Assembly (NCBI GenBank): GCA_045119135.1
Contig: JBGVCY010000114.1
Span: 1 to 38,370 of the forward strand
Reading direction: 5' to 3'
Length of the DNA: 38,370 bases
From: Eubacteriales bacterium
GTDB lineage: Bacteria > Bacillota > Clostridia > Oscillospirales > CAG-272
Shown here piece after piece: positions 9,176 to 18,876 of this stretch. The notes below the pieces were generated by a model that did no database searches, had not been told where the DNA came from, and saw only the letters and a program-made list of their open reading frames with translations. The stretch's first letter is position 1. Each line of letters begins with the position of its first letter. A program made the translations under genes and the position numbers.

Positions 9176-9946
9176 TTATCGGTAAAGCAATACCGTTCGG
9201 TCGTTTCCGCCAAGATCTTGCCAGACACGGCTTTGGTATCCATGTTGTGTGGCAAGCGCGGCAAGCGCTTCTGCCTGGTCAAAGCCGATTTCGAATAAAA
9301 AGAATCCGTCAGGCGACAGCAATCCTTGCCATTTTTCAAGAATCGCGCGGTAAAAATCAAGTCCGTCATCACCACCAAAGAGCGCCGCCGATGGCTCGTA
9401 ACGCACCTCTTGCTGTAAGTCTCCCATCGCCTCCTTGGTGATATAAGGAGGATTTGCAAGAATTGCCGCATACGTTCCTTCGAAAATGGACGTCGGCGCT
9501 GCTAATACATCGGCTTTTTTGAATTCCATCCGCGACGACACACCGTTTCGCAGGGCATTGCGCCCTGCCAATGCAAGTGTTTTGTCAAAAAAATCCACTG
9601 CCGTTGCGCTTGTATCGGGACGGGCACACAGTGTTGAGATCGCAACACAGCCACTGCCCGTGCAAAGATCCAGAAAGCGTGCGCCCTGCGGCAACAGCTC
9701 AATCGCCTTTTCAACCAACAGCTCGGTATCGGCGCGCGGAATCAAACAATCCTCGCTCACCTCATAGCATTCACGGTAAAAATCCCATTCACCAAGAAGA
9801 TATTGCAACGGATAATGCGCGACTCGCTTTTCCACTGCCGCCGACAGCGCATCACCCGACAGCGATTCGCACAGCCATTTCGCCTCCATTGCGGCATTCT
9901 CGATTCCCGCCGCCTGAAGGCGCTCTTTTATTTGATTTTCCGACAC
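9176..9946 (-). CDS. prmC: Release factor glutamine methyltransferase
   Basis: YPLQYLLG, LIPRADTE, DLCTGSGC, NPPYI, EP..ALFGGDDGLDFY, FEIGFDQ; start placed at GTG 9946 (approximate). Confidence 0.93.
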   Translation of the reverse strand: MSENQIKERLQAAGIENAAMEAKWLCESLSGDALSAAVEKRVAHYPLQYLLGEWDFYRECYEVSEDCLIPRADTELLVEKAIELLPQGARFLDLCTGSGCVAISTLCARPDTSATAVDFFDKTLALAGRNALRNGVSSRMEFKKADVLAAPTSIFEGTYAAILANPPYITKEAMGDLQQEVRYEPSAALFGGDDGLDFYRAILEKWQGLLSPDGFFLFEIGFDQAEALAALATQHGYQSRVWQDLGGNDRTVLLYR

Positions 9947-10072
9947 GCCGTCACCCACTTTCTGAAAAAAGTATTGTGAATTTTCTTGTACACGTATTGC
10001 TTTTTGGCAAAAATATGATACAATAAAGGTAGCAGGCAAACAGAAAAGACTACTTGCCTAAAGGAGGATAAG

Positions 10073-10315
10073 ATGGAAAAGAAAACCAATTACGGAAAAA
10101 TTGTTGCGATCACCCTTGCTGTGATCAGCGCCGCATCCGCCATTGCTTATGTCATTTACCGTCTCGCCCGCAACTTCTTTACATTCTGTGATTCGTATTA
10201 CGAGGATGATATCGAAGCCGCCGACCTTGATATGGACGAGGTTCTCGGCGAGGATGAGGACGACCTGCTCTTCCCCGAGGAAGAGACTGAAAAGGATGAA
10301 GCCACCGAAATGTAA
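10073..10315 (+). CDS. Small single-pass membrane protein with an acidic tail
   Basis: AAGGAGG RBS, upstream TTGCTT-N16-TACAAT, hydrophobic IVAITLAVISAASAIAYVIY, D/E-rich C-terminus, own terminator. Confidence 0.8.
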   Translation: MEKKTNYGKIVAITLAVISAASAIAYVIYRLARNFFTFCDSYYEDDIEAADLDMDEVLGEDEDDLLFPEEETEKDEATEM

Positions 10316-10328
10316 TCGCATCAATAGC

Positions 10329-10360
10329 GGCACCCGCCAACGGCGGGTGCCTTTCTTTTT
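10329..10360 (+). terminator. Intrinsic terminator
   Basis: GGCACCCGCC-AAC-GGCGGGTGCC-TTTCTTTTT. Confidence 0.85.
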
Positions 10361-10371
10361 GACCGTCTTTC

Positions 10372-10409
10372 AAAAAATCACCCCGCCGCCGAATGGCGAC
10401 GGGGTGATT
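10372..10409 (-). terminator. Intrinsic terminator of the solute-binding protein gene
   Basis: AATCACCCCG(c)CGCC-GAAT-GGCG(a)CGGGGTGATT with a T run on the minus strand. Confidence 0.8.
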
Positions 10410-10419
10410 ACAGGTTTCA

Positions 10420-12033
10420 TTACTGAGCGTTAGTACCCTGCTGAACGAATGCTTCAACAAGATCATCCATCTGCGCATTCAGCTTGCTCTTGTACTGGTT
10501 GTAGGAAATCGACCAGGAAGAACCTGCCATTGCGCAGTGAGAAGGCAGCTCGGACATGGTGGAAAGTGCATCTGCGAAGATACGGCCAAGGTCGAAGGTA
10601 ATGCCGTTACGGACATACTGGAACATTGCTGCATCATCGGGAGAGTCTGCATACTTGGTCATCATGTTCACGTAGAAGATCTCGGGAGTCGTTCTACGGT
10701 AGCCCTCAGAAGCCCAGCACTCAAGCACTGCGGTCAGCATCGAAAGGTGCTCGGTCTCGTTGGTGTGCTCTTCACCGCTTCTGGAAGCGTAGTAGCTGTT
10801 GATGAAGATACCGTAAAGGGATACAGGGTTACCCATGCAGGTGTAGTAGTTGTTCTGCTTGTAGGTATTGGTCTTGTACATAGGAACAGGAAGAATACCG
10901 TAGGAGAAGTTAACCTTCTTAGCAAGAACGCTTTCTGCCAGGTAGTTACGACCCATCAGGAACAGGCATCTGCCTTCCACGAAGGGAACGTTATGACCCT
11001 CGGAAAGCTTGGGATCCAGCTCGTAGTTCCAGCGCTCGGAGTAGTTGCAGTCAGCCTGGAAGAACTCGCCAAGGGTATCGATCAGAGTAACAGCCTTCTT
11101 CGAGCCGAAGTCCTTGGAGATGACAAGCATCTCGACGGGGTCGGTATCGACCAGACGAAGCTCGGAGCCGGTGTAGAACGCGTCAACGTGAGTCAGAAGG
11201 GTTGCGAAGCCGAAGGTATCCTGTACTTCCTTACCGGATGGGCCTCTATCCTGGTAGCAATCGGAGAACTCGATCAGCTTAGCAAGGGTCCACTCCTTTT
11301 TGGTAACAAGGTCGTAAAGCATATCCATGCCATCCTCGTGACCAAGGTCGCGTGCATCGGCGTTGTAAAGCGAGTTGAAGAGGAGCTTGTTCACGAAGAT
11401 ACAAGTCATCATGTAAGGAACCGAAGACGAGATATCGCCGGTGACGAAGTAGGTGGAGTCACCGAAGGAAAGCTCTTCCATAAAGTTAGAAGGCCACCAA
11501 GGCATATCGAAGTCAAGCCAGTTTTCCTCGTCGGTAAGGGGCAGCTTTGCAATATCCTTCAGATAGCCGCGCTGTGCCAACATACCTGCGGTACGGGTAT
11601 AGGTAGCAATGATATCGATGGGCTGCTTACCCTGCGAATTGTATGCTGCCTCAACATATTTGGTAAACTGGTTACGGTAGGGGTTAGAACCGGGGGTAAA
11701 GCTGAAATCAAGCTCGACGTTCAGACGACCCTCAATCTGGGTGTTACGCTGTACAACAGCGTCATCAACCGAGTTACCGGAGATGCCTTCTACCTCGAAC
11801 TCACGCTCCTGCTGGTAGCCCTCGCCCCATGCAAGCACGTAAACAGTTTCACCGCCATAGTTATGACCGGTGCCGAGTCTGTCCATTTCAAGACCGTTTT
11901 CGTCGTAGCCTTCCATCGTAAGACCGGTACCGTTGCCGTTGCCATCGTCATCGCAAGAAACGAAAACGACGCCCAGAGCGGCAATCATCAGAACGGCAAG
12001 CAGTAAGGAAAGCAATCTGAAGAAAGTTTTCAT
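10420..12033 (-). CDS. Extracellular solute-binding lipoprotein (carbohydrate ABC SBP-like)
   Basis: Lipobox FVSC; DDAVVQRN..IE.RLNV, LDFDMPWW, YFVTGDIS, WTL.KL, FSYGILPVP, AVLE..ASE, typical of clostridial family-1 SBPs. Confidence 0.8.
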   Translation of the reverse strand: MKTFFRLLSLLLAVLMIAALGVVFVSCDDDGNGNGTGLTMEGYDENGLEMDRLGTGHNYGGETVYVLAWGEGYQQEREFEVEGISGNSVDDAVVQRNTQIEGRLNVELDFSFTPGSNPYRNQFTKYVEAAYNSQGKQPIDIIATYTRTAGMLAQRGYLKDIAKLPLTDEENWLDFDMPWWPSNFMEELSFGDSTYFVTGDISSSVPYMMTCIFVNKLLFNSLYNADARDLGHEDGMDMLYDLVTKKEWTLAKLIEFSDCYQDRGPSGKEVQDTFGFATLLTHVDAFYTGSELRLVDTDPVEMLVISKDFGSKKAVTLIDTLGEFFQADCNYSERWNYELDPKLSEGHNVPFVEGRCLFLMGRNYLAESVLAKKVNFSYGILPVPMYKTNTYKQNNYYTCMGNPVSLYGIFINSYYASRSGEEHTNETEHLSMLTAVLECWASEGYRRTTPEIFYVNMMTKYADSPDDAAMFQYVRNGITFDLGRIFADALSTMSELPSHCAMAGSSWSISYNQYKSKLNAQMDDLVEAFVQQGTNAQ

Positions 12034-12106
12034 GTGCGTTTTGTCCCCACCCGAGTGAGAACAGCCTCCTTCTTATGTTTTTGAAAGAAATACAGTTGCA
12101 TAACTG

Positions 12107-12135
12107 ATTATACCAAAAAGAACCCGATTTGTCAA
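12107..12135 (-). promoter_or_regulatory. sigma-A promoter (proximal) of the SBP gene
   Basis: Perfect TTGACA-N17-TATAAT with extended TG. Confidence 0.85.
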
Positions 12136-12245
12136 TCACCTTTTTGCGTTTTTTACCATAAAAGATAATAAAAAACGCGCCGTCGGTAAAATCGCCGTTC
12201 CGCGGTACACCTCGGTTACACGAAATTTCCTTCGTTTACGATTCT

Positions 12246-12274
12246 ATTGTAACAAAAAGCGGTGCTTTTGTCAA
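12246..12274 (-). promoter_or_regulatory. Second sigma-A promoter (distal; possible small-RNA promoter)
   Basis: TTGACA-N17-TACAAT with extended TG. Confidence 0.7.
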
Positions 12275-12434
12275 TTCATTTTTCTCAACATTCACCAAAA
12301 CAAAGGCTTTTTTTGAAAAATTTTTTGATATTTTTGCCGCGGAAGACTTAACTTTCATACGCCAATCACACAATGTTCAAAAAATCGAAACATTTTCCCC
12401 TCGCTTTTGGCGCACTAATTTCTTTTGTACACGC

Positions 12435-12463
12435 TTGAAAAAGCGACGGGATTGTGCTATACT
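12435..12463 (+). promoter_or_regulatory. sigma-A promoter of proA
   Basis: TTGAAA-N17-TATACT with extended TG. Confidence 0.7.
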
Positions 12464-12501
12464 GAACCCAGAAAATCCATCGAAGCAAAGAGGATCCCAG
12501 T

Positions 12502-13761
12502 ATGAATGATATCTTTGAATCCGTCAAGCAGCTCTGCCTTTCTGCCAAGGCGGCATCCCCCGCCCTTGCGCTGACAGCAAACGACCAGCGAAACCGTGCA
12601 CTATCGGCGATGGCAGATGCTCTGCTTGCCGCCACCGACGGCATTCTTGCCGCAAACGAACGTGACCTTGAACACGCCGCCGCAAACGGCGTTCCTACGG
12701 TGATGATCGACCGTCTGCGCTTAACAAAAGCTCGCATTTCCGACATTGCGGATGCGATGCGCGCGGTCACTGCCCTGCCCGACCCGCTTGCCGCACGGGA
12801 GGCGCTGACAGGCTGTAACCCCAAAATTGAGATCACCCGTGCCCGCGTACCGCTTGGCGTGATTGCCATCATCTATGAAGCACGTCCCAACGTAACCGCC
12901 GATGCGGCGGCGCTTTGTATCAAATCGGGTAATGCCGTGGTGCTACGCGGTGGCAAGGAAGCCATCGAAAGCAACCGCGCCATCGTTGCCGCCATGAAGG
13001 GCGCACTCACCACGGTCGGCATCGATCCCGCCGCGATTTCGCTGGTAGAATCAACCGACAGAGAAAGCGCGAATGCGCTGATGCAAATGCGCGGCGTTGT
13101 AGATGCACTGATCCCGCGCGGCGGAAAAAATCTGATCCGCAGCTGCGTGGAAAACGCTAAGATCCCCGTCATTGAAACGGGCGCGGGTAACTGCCACGTT
13201 TACGTGGATGCCGATGCCGACCTCCAAAAAGCGCTTGCCGTGACCGTGAATGCCAAGTGCCAGCGCCCCTCGGTATGCAATGCCGCCGAGACCCTCTTGG
13301 TGCACCGTTCCGTTGCCGAAAGCTTCCTGCCCGCCTTTTTTGCCGCGACACGCGAATGGAATCTGGAGCTGCGCGGCTGTCCCGCAACCTGCGCGATCCT
13401 ACCCGAGGCGCTCCCCGCCACCGAAGAGGATTTTGCCACCGAATACAACGATTATATTATGGCGGTAAAGGTGGTGGATTCTGTCGATGCGGCAATTGCG
13501 CATATCGCCGCATACAGCACACACCACAGCGAGGCAATTATCACCGAAAACGATACCGTTGCCGCCCGTTTTTGCGGTATGGTGGATGCAGCGGCTGTCT
13601 ATCACAACGCATCGACCCGCTTCACCGACGGCGGTGAATTCGGCTTTGGCGCCGAGATCGGCATCTCCACCCAAAAGCTGCACGCCCGCGGTCCGATGGG
13701 CCTTGATGCGCTGACCACGGTGAAATATATCGTCACCGGAAACGGCGCCACACGGGGTTAA
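12502..13761 (+). CDS. proA: Gamma-glutamyl phosphate reductase
   Basis: VPLGVIAIIYEARPNVT, LIPRGG, GNCHVY, SVCNAAETLLVH, NASTRFTDG.EFGFGAEIGISTQKLHARGPMGL. Confidence 0.98.
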   Translation: MNDIFESVKQLCLSAKAASPALALTANDQRNRALSAMADALLAATDGILAANERDLEHAAANGVPTVMIDRLRLTKARISDIADAMRAVTALPDPLAAREALTGCNPKIEITRARVPLGVIAIIYEARPNVTADAAALCIKSGNAVVLRGGKEAIESNRAIVAAMKGALTTVGIDPAAISLVESTDRESANALMQMRGVVDALIPRGGKNLIRSCVENAKIPVIETGAGNCHVYVDADADLQKALAVTVNAKCQRPSVCNAAETLLVHRSVAESFLPAFFAATREWNLELRGCPATCAILPEALPATEEDFATEYNDYIMAVKVVDSVDAAIAHIAAYSTHHSEAIITENDTVAARFCGMVDAAAVYHNASTRFTDGGEFGFGAEIGISTQKLHARGPMGLDALTTVKYIVTGNGATRG

Positions 13762-13772
13762 AAACAAAGCAA

Positions 13773-13807
13773 AAAAGCGCTCCTTCTATTACAGAAGGAG
13801 CGCTTTT
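13773..13807. terminator. Bidirectional terminator between proA and the sugar cassette
   Basis: AAAAGCGCTCCTTCT-N5-AGAAGGAGCGCTTTT. Confidence 0.85.
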
Positions 13808-13808
13808 C

Positions 13809-14714
13809 TTATAGACTTTTCAAAATCTCGGCAATGCCCGCTTTGAAATCCTGCTTCGGCTGCCAGCCGGTGTCTGCCACCAGCGGGGAGATGTCTGCCT
13901 GCAGGTGCATCACCTGTCGCTCGGCGTACGGAATTTCGCCAAAGGTGAGGGGAAAGCCCGGGGCGACCACGTCGCGGATATCCTCGATATAGGTAGCAAG
14001 AGGTCTTGCCTTGCCACTTCCAAGGGTATAAACCGCACCGTCTCTGCCCTTTTCGGCAATCAGGCGGAAGGCACTTGCGGCATCGCCGCTATACAAATAA
14101 TCCCACATCTGCTCACCCTTGGTGAACTTGGGGGATTCACCCGCCAGCAGCTTGCTTACAGTGGATGCCACCATACTGCCTGCACCGTCATACGGGCCGT
14201 AAATACTTAAAATACGCACCCATACGTGGCGCATTCCAAGCGCGTGCGCCGCTTCACGGGTCATCAAACCCGCACAAAGCTTACCCATACCGTAGCCCAT
14301 TTCGGGAAAGGCGGGAGTGTCGGGCTTCAACAGTCCCTCTACCCTGCCGTATTCTGCCTGGGAGCCCGCACCGATGAAGACCTTACAGCCAAAGCGCTTG
14401 GCGGCATTCACCGCATCCAATGCGTGCTTCACGTTGCGATTCTGCAGATACATATCGTTGCGCGCGGCACCGACCGTGCCCTCCCACGCGAAGTGATAGA
14501 AGGCATCGTATTCCTCGCCCGCATCATTTTGAAGCGCGGCGAGCTCGTCAAGCGCACAGTAGCGCAGCTTGACCAAAGGGTGCTTCGGGATGCGGTCGTT
14601 TCTCGCCGACCCCTCGCGCGCCAGAACAAGCACGCCGATGCCGGCATCTACCAGCTCGCGGATCAGCGCCATACCAATGGCGCCCGTAGCGCCGCTGATG
14701 ATTACGTTTTTCAT
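13809..14714 (-). CDS. NAD-dependent epimerase/dehydratase/reductase (extended SDR)
   Basis: GATGAIG, HFAW, GSQAEYG, YGMGK (YxxxK), SIYGP, WDYLY. Confidence 0.9.
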   Translation of the reverse strand: MKNVIISGATGAIGMALIRELVDAGIGVLVLAREGSARNDRIPKHPLVKLRYCALDELAALQNDAGEEYDAFYHFAWEGTVGAARNDMYLQNRNVKHALDAVNAAKRFGCKVFIGAGSQAEYGRVEGLLKPDTPAFPEMGYGMGKLCAGLMTREAAHALGMRHVWVRILSIYGPYDGAGSMVASTVSKLLAGESPKFTKGEQMWDYLYSGDAASAFRLIAEKGRDGAVYTLGSGKARPLATYIEDIRDVVAPGFPLTFGEIPYAERQVMHLQADISPLVADTGWQPKQDFKAGIAEILKSL

Positions 14715-14730
14715 ACCGTCACCGCCCGTT

Positions 14731-16527
14731 TTACTTCAAAAAGCGGATCGCCTCAAACTCGTCACGGGGCAGGAAGGGCGCCATATCGTCAAGCGAGGGC
14801 GATACGATTCTGCCATCGGGCAGAACCTTGGACGAGGATTTGGGCGCGAAATTCTGCGTATGGTCGACCACAATCTCGCACACGCAGGGTCCGTCTCCTG
14901 CAAGCGCCTTGGCGATCACTGCATCGGCATCTCCCTCGGCAGTTGCCGTCAGGTACGGAATACCGAAAGCATCAGCAAGCTTACCAAAGTCGGGGAAGCC
15001 CACGCCGCTGTCGGCATCGACACCGATCATCGGGGGCTTGAAGAGGTTGGTCTGGGTCTGACGGATCGAATGGTATCCGTTATTATTCAAAATGAAGAGC
15101 TTGAGATTCAGCCGATTGTGTGCGATGGTAGCCAGCTCCTGAATGTTCATCATCACACTGCCGTCGCCGTCGATACAGACCGTGCGGCGCGTGTTATCCG
15201 ACACAGCTACACCAAGGGCGGCAGGAAGACCATAGCCCATAGCGGCACAGCCCGAGTTGGTGAACATACGCTGACCTTGTTTCATCTTGCTTGCCTGGAA
15301 GGTTACCACGCAGGCACTGCCGTTGCCGCAGATCACGCGGTCGGTCTCATCCAGCGCATCAAACAGCTTGTCGACAAACACGTAAGGATTCATCGGAGTT
15401 GCATCCTCTTTGTGGTAGAAAGGAAGCGTTGCGGGATATTTCGCCACCAGATCGCGGCACCATTTGACGAATGCGGCGTGTGCGGGAGCGGGTGTGTATT
15501 CCTCGGCAAGCAGGGCGTTTGCAAAATCCTTCACATCGGCGCAGATACCCATATCAGGGGCAATGGTGGGCTTTTTCAGCTCTTTTTCGTCAATATCCAC
15601 GACGATCTTATAGGCATTCTTGGCAAAGTCGAAGCGGTTGTAGCCGATCATACGAATATTGAGGCGACAGCCAAGGCTAAGGAGAAGGTCGCAGTTCTGC
15701 ACGGCAAAGTTGCCGGGACGTGTACCAACCGTGCCGGGCATACCCGCAAAATAGGGGTTATCGAAGGCAACGGCATCATTGGCGTTCCAAGCGGTCACCA
15801 CGGGAATGCCCAGCTTTTCGATCAGCGCCAGCACCTCTTTTTCGGCATTGCCAAGGCGAACGCCCGTGCCGACAAGTGCGAGAGGCGCTTTGGCATTTTT
15901 GATCTTTTCCAATACCGTTTGGGCGGTTTCCTTACTGACAAGGGGTGCCACGGGGGTATTTTCGGGGGTGAAATGTGTCAGGTCATCGGTCTCGATCATA
16001 GCGCCCTGCACGTCAAGCGGGATATCCAGCCAAACGGGGCCGCCACGACCTGTGGTAGCAAGGTGAAATGCCTTTTCCAAATGATAGGCAATCTCAGTGG
16101 GCTCGGTCACCATAACGGCATATTTGGTCATATTGGAAACAGAGCCGATGATATCGAATTCCTGGTCGCCAAGCTGACGAAGTCCAAGCTCAGGGCAGGA
16201 CCAAGTGGTGGTCTCGCGCTTCACCTGACCCGAAAGCACAAACATCGGGATCGAATCCAGCCACGCGCCCATAGCACCCGTAATCGCATTGGTGCCGCCG
16301 GGGCCGCTGGTAACGCAGACAAGCGCCAGCTCACCCGTCATACGGGTATAGCCCTCTGCCGCGATCGAGCAAGCCTGCTCGTGATGGTTGAAGATGCAAC
16401 GCATCCCCTCCTGATGGCCGATGGCATCATCCAGGTGCATTGCGCCGCCGCCCGTTACCATAAAGCAATCGTGCACGCCGCGATCAACAAAGAACTGCGA
16501 AATGTATTTTGCTACCTTGATTTTCAT
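14731..16527 (-). CDS. Thiamine-diphosphate-dependent enzyme of the acetolactate-synthase family (YerE-like carboligase)
   Basis: VTGGGAMHL, HHEQAC, TSGPGGTN, MGYGLPAALG, GDGS.MMNIQEL...NNNGY ThDP motif; no ilvN neighbour; next to a sugar SDR. Confidence 0.88.
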   Translation of the reverse strand: MKIKVAKYISQFFVDRGVHDCFMVTGGGAMHLDDAIGHQEGMRCIFNHHEQACSIAAEGYTRMTGELALVCVTSGPGGTNAITGAMGAWLDSIPMFVLSGQVKRETTTWSCPELGLRQLGDQEFDIIGSVSNMTKYAVMVTEPTEIAYHLEKAFHLATTGRGGPVWLDIPLDVQGAMIETDDLTHFTPENTPVAPLVSKETAQTVLEKIKNAKAPLALVGTGVRLGNAEKEVLALIEKLGIPVVTAWNANDAVAFDNPYFAGMPGTVGTRPGNFAVQNCDLLLSLGCRLNIRMIGYNRFDFAKNAYKIVVDIDEKELKKPTIAPDMGICADVKDFANALLAEEYTPAPAHAAFVKWCRDLVAKYPATLPFYHKEDATPMNPYVFVDKLFDALDETDRVICGNGSACVVTFQASKMKQGQRMFTNSGCAAMGYGLPAALGVAVSDNTRRTVCIDGDGSVMMNIQELATIAHNRLNLKLFILNNNGYHSIRQTQTNLFKPPMIGVDADSGVGFPDFGKLADAFGIPYLTATAEGDADAVIAKALAGDGPCVCEIVVDHTQNFAPKSSSKVLPDGRIVSPSLDDMAPFLPRDEFEAIRFLK

Positions 16528-16535
16528 AAATTACC

Positions 16536-17186
16536 TCACACGTAGTCAAGAATATCCGTCGCACGGTCAACAAAAGCAACGGCGTTCGTGTTGTGTATCT
16601 CATCGGGGTCGCGGAATCCAAAGCCATAGGTCACGCCGATAAAGGGAACGCCCAATGCGGCAGCTCCCTTTGCATCGTGCACGGTATCACCGATCATCAG
16701 CACGCGCTCGGGCGAGGTAACGCCCGCATCGCGAATGCACTTTTCGATGATGTCGCGCTTTGAGAGCTTTCCCTCGGCATCCGAGCCATACAGAATATCG
16801 GTATAGCGATTAAAGCCAAAGTGACAAAGCAAAGGCAAGGCGTAGGATTCACGCTTATAGGTGGCGACTGCGGGCTTGATGCCGCGCGCGACAAGTCCCT
16901 CAAAAAGCGTAAATATCCCCTCATATGGGTCGGCTTTCATCAGATGATCGGTCTGATAAGACTTGCGGAAAATCGCCGCCGCACGCATTACCTCGTCGGG
17001 GGCAAGCCCTGCGATATTGGCAAAGCCCATTTCAATGGGCGGGCCGATAAATGCCGCCATTTTTTCGGCATCGGGCACGGGATATCCCATCTCCGCGATG
17101 GCATATTCCACAGCTGCCAGCACACCGGGGGCGGTATCAAGCAGTGTGCCGTCCAGGTCAAACACCGCCAGATCGTATTTGTTCAT
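16536..17186 (-). CDS. HAD-superfamily hydrolase (subfamily IA phosphatase)
   Basis: FDLDGTLLD, VATYK, MIGDTVHD, GVTYGFG; ATG lies 1 nt after the upstream stop. Confidence 0.9.
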   Translation of the reverse strand: MNKYDLAVFDLDGTLLDTAPGVLAAVEYAIAEMGYPVPDAEKMAAFIGPPIEMGFANIAGLAPDEVMRAAAIFRKSYQTDHLMKADPYEGIFTLFEGLVARGIKPAVATYKRESYALPLLCHFGFNRYTDILYGSDAEGKLSKRDIIEKCIRDAGVTSPERVLMIGDTVHDAKGAAALGVPFIGVTYGFGFRDPDEIHNTNAVAFVDRATDILDYV

Positions 17187-17187
17187 A

Positions 17188-18780
17188 TCATTCACCGTAA
17201 CGCGTTTCGGTAAGGAAGCTGACCTCGATCTTGTCCTTCACACTATCCAGGAATGCGGTCATATAAGCGTTGAGGTCTTCTGCCTTTTTCTTGACAAAGT
17301 CATACTCCATACCCGACGCAAAATAGTTGGTACGTCTTGCCGAATATCCGTCAAATCCTGCCAACGTGACACGGGGACAGCCGAAGCGGATCAGCGCCTT
17401 GAGCATCATGGCAAGCGAGTTGTCGATAAACTCGGCATCGGCATCCATCAGGCTGCTGAAGTTCAGCGTATACGCGAACGCCTCGGGCGAGGTGCCGGTA
17501 ACATTCGAGGTAGCGATCACTGCATAGTTCTCGCGGCTGAGGGTCGTAGCCAGCTGCACGTAGCGTTTGGAGTTGCTAAGGAAAATATAATCGGGACGGA
17601 AGTTATCGTTGACGAAGTTGATCGAGATGACAACGGGCTTCTTTTCCTCGATATAATCGGCGATCTCCTTCTTCTGCTTCTTGATCGAGGCGCCAGGACC
17701 CAGCACCAGAATATCCTTGCCTGCAAGCACCTCGGAAAGGCGTGCGGCATCAGCCTCGTCATTGATTTCATTCACCTGATAGTTGACGTAAAGCTCCTCG
17801 ATATAGTTCTTATCGTAAAGCAGCTTCTTTTCGCCCTGCAGACTGCCAAGGATCTCGTTGATCGACTTGATCGAAAGCGTTCGCTTCGCCATCAGGTAGG
17901 AAACGTAGTTGGGGTGGCAATCATTGTAAGCGGCAATGAAATAGAAAATGCTATAACCCCATGTGGGCGTTTGGTAGAATTCCGATACGCTGGTATCGAT
18001 CGCCTCCAGGATCTGACCGACCTGATACTTGGTACCAAAGGAATTGTTCATATGCATCGCGATCAGCTCAAGAGGGGCGTTACCTGCGCTTTTACCCATA
18101 CCGCAGATCGTGCCGTCAACCACCATCGTGCGCTCGATCTTGTTTGCCAGCATCGAGATGCAATTGGCATAGCCCATCTGGAAGTTGTTGTGCGCGTGGT
18201 AGCCAAGGCCGATCTCGGGATCGAGATTGTCGTTGAGCAGTCTAAAGTAGTGCATCAGGTTGTTGCGGTGCATCAAGCCGTAGGTATCGACCATCGACAC
18301 GGCATAGGGCTTGACATCGTTGGCAAGGCGGATGAGATCCAGCATCTCGTCATCGTCATAGCTGGTGACAGACACCAGCTGTGCAAATACCTTATAGCCC
18401 TTTTCCTTCAGTGCGCGGCAATATTCCATGGCGGGCTCGCGCAGATGCTTTTTGAAAATAACGCGGATACCGTCAAGATAGCTTTCGCTGCAGGGCTTGA
18501 TATGTTCAAGCGAGCAGGTGCCATAGTCGATCATACCCACGATCATAGCGCCCTTGCGATCCAGCTTTCCGTAAATTTTTTCTACGCTGTCGGTATCGGG
18601 CATAATGCTGCGGTCCATATCGAAGGGACGGCGCTCGTCAAGAAAGCCGACCTCGATGATATCAACACCGACATCCACCAATCTTTCAAAAATATTGACA
18701 ATGTTATCGTGGCCGAAATTCCAGTCGTTGATATAGCCGCCGTCTCGAAGCGTGCAGTCAAGCAATTTGATCTGATTCAT
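17188..18780 (-). CDS. HMGL-like (DRE-TIM) aldolase fused to an MptE/MAF_flag10-like C-terminal domain
   Basis: LLDCTLRDGGY, GYHAHNN, GMGKSAGNAPLE; C-terminal ILVLGPGASI..VISINF..PDYIF..LAGFDGY; AAGGAG RBS before ATG 18780. Confidence 0.85.
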   Translation of the reverse strand: MNQIKLLDCTLRDGGYINDWNFGHDNIVNIFERLVDVGVDIIEVGFLDERRPFDMDRSIMPDTDSVEKIYGKLDRKGAMIVGMIDYGTCSLEHIKPCSESYLDGIRVIFKKHLREPAMEYCRALKEKGYKVFAQLVSVTSYDDDEMLDLIRLANDVKPYAVSMVDTYGLMHRNNLMHYFRLLNDNLDPEIGLGYHAHNNFQMGYANCISMLANKIERTMVVDGTICGMGKSAGNAPLELIAMHMNNSFGTKYQVGQILEAIDTSVSEFYQTPTWGYSIFYFIAAYNDCHPNYVSYLMAKRTLSIKSINEILGSLQGEKKLLYDKNYIEELYVNYQVNEINDEADAARLSEVLAGKDILVLGPGASIKKQKKEIADYIEEKKPVVISINFVNDNFRPDYIFLSNSKRYVQLATTLSRENYAVIATSNVTGTSPEAFAYTLNFSSLMDADAEFIDNSLAMMLKALIRFGCPRVTLAGFDGYSARRTNYFASGMEYDFVKKKAEDLNAYMTAFLDSVKDKIEVSFLTETRYGE

Positions 18781-18876
18781 AAACATTCTCCTTGATTTTA
18801 AGACAAAGCTTTTTCGCTTATTTTTCAAGATCTTCCCGCCGCCTTGTCAAAAATTTGGCAATACGGCATTTGCATT

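Noticed and set aside
12275-12501. T-box leader for proA
   Set aside because: The promoter lies ~40 nt from the start codon, leaving no room, and there is no T-box motif on the plus strand.
14731-16527. ilvB call
   Set aside because: No ilvN/ilvC nearby; the GGGAMHL motif and sugar-SDR context favour a YerE-like enzyme, so no gene symbol is given.
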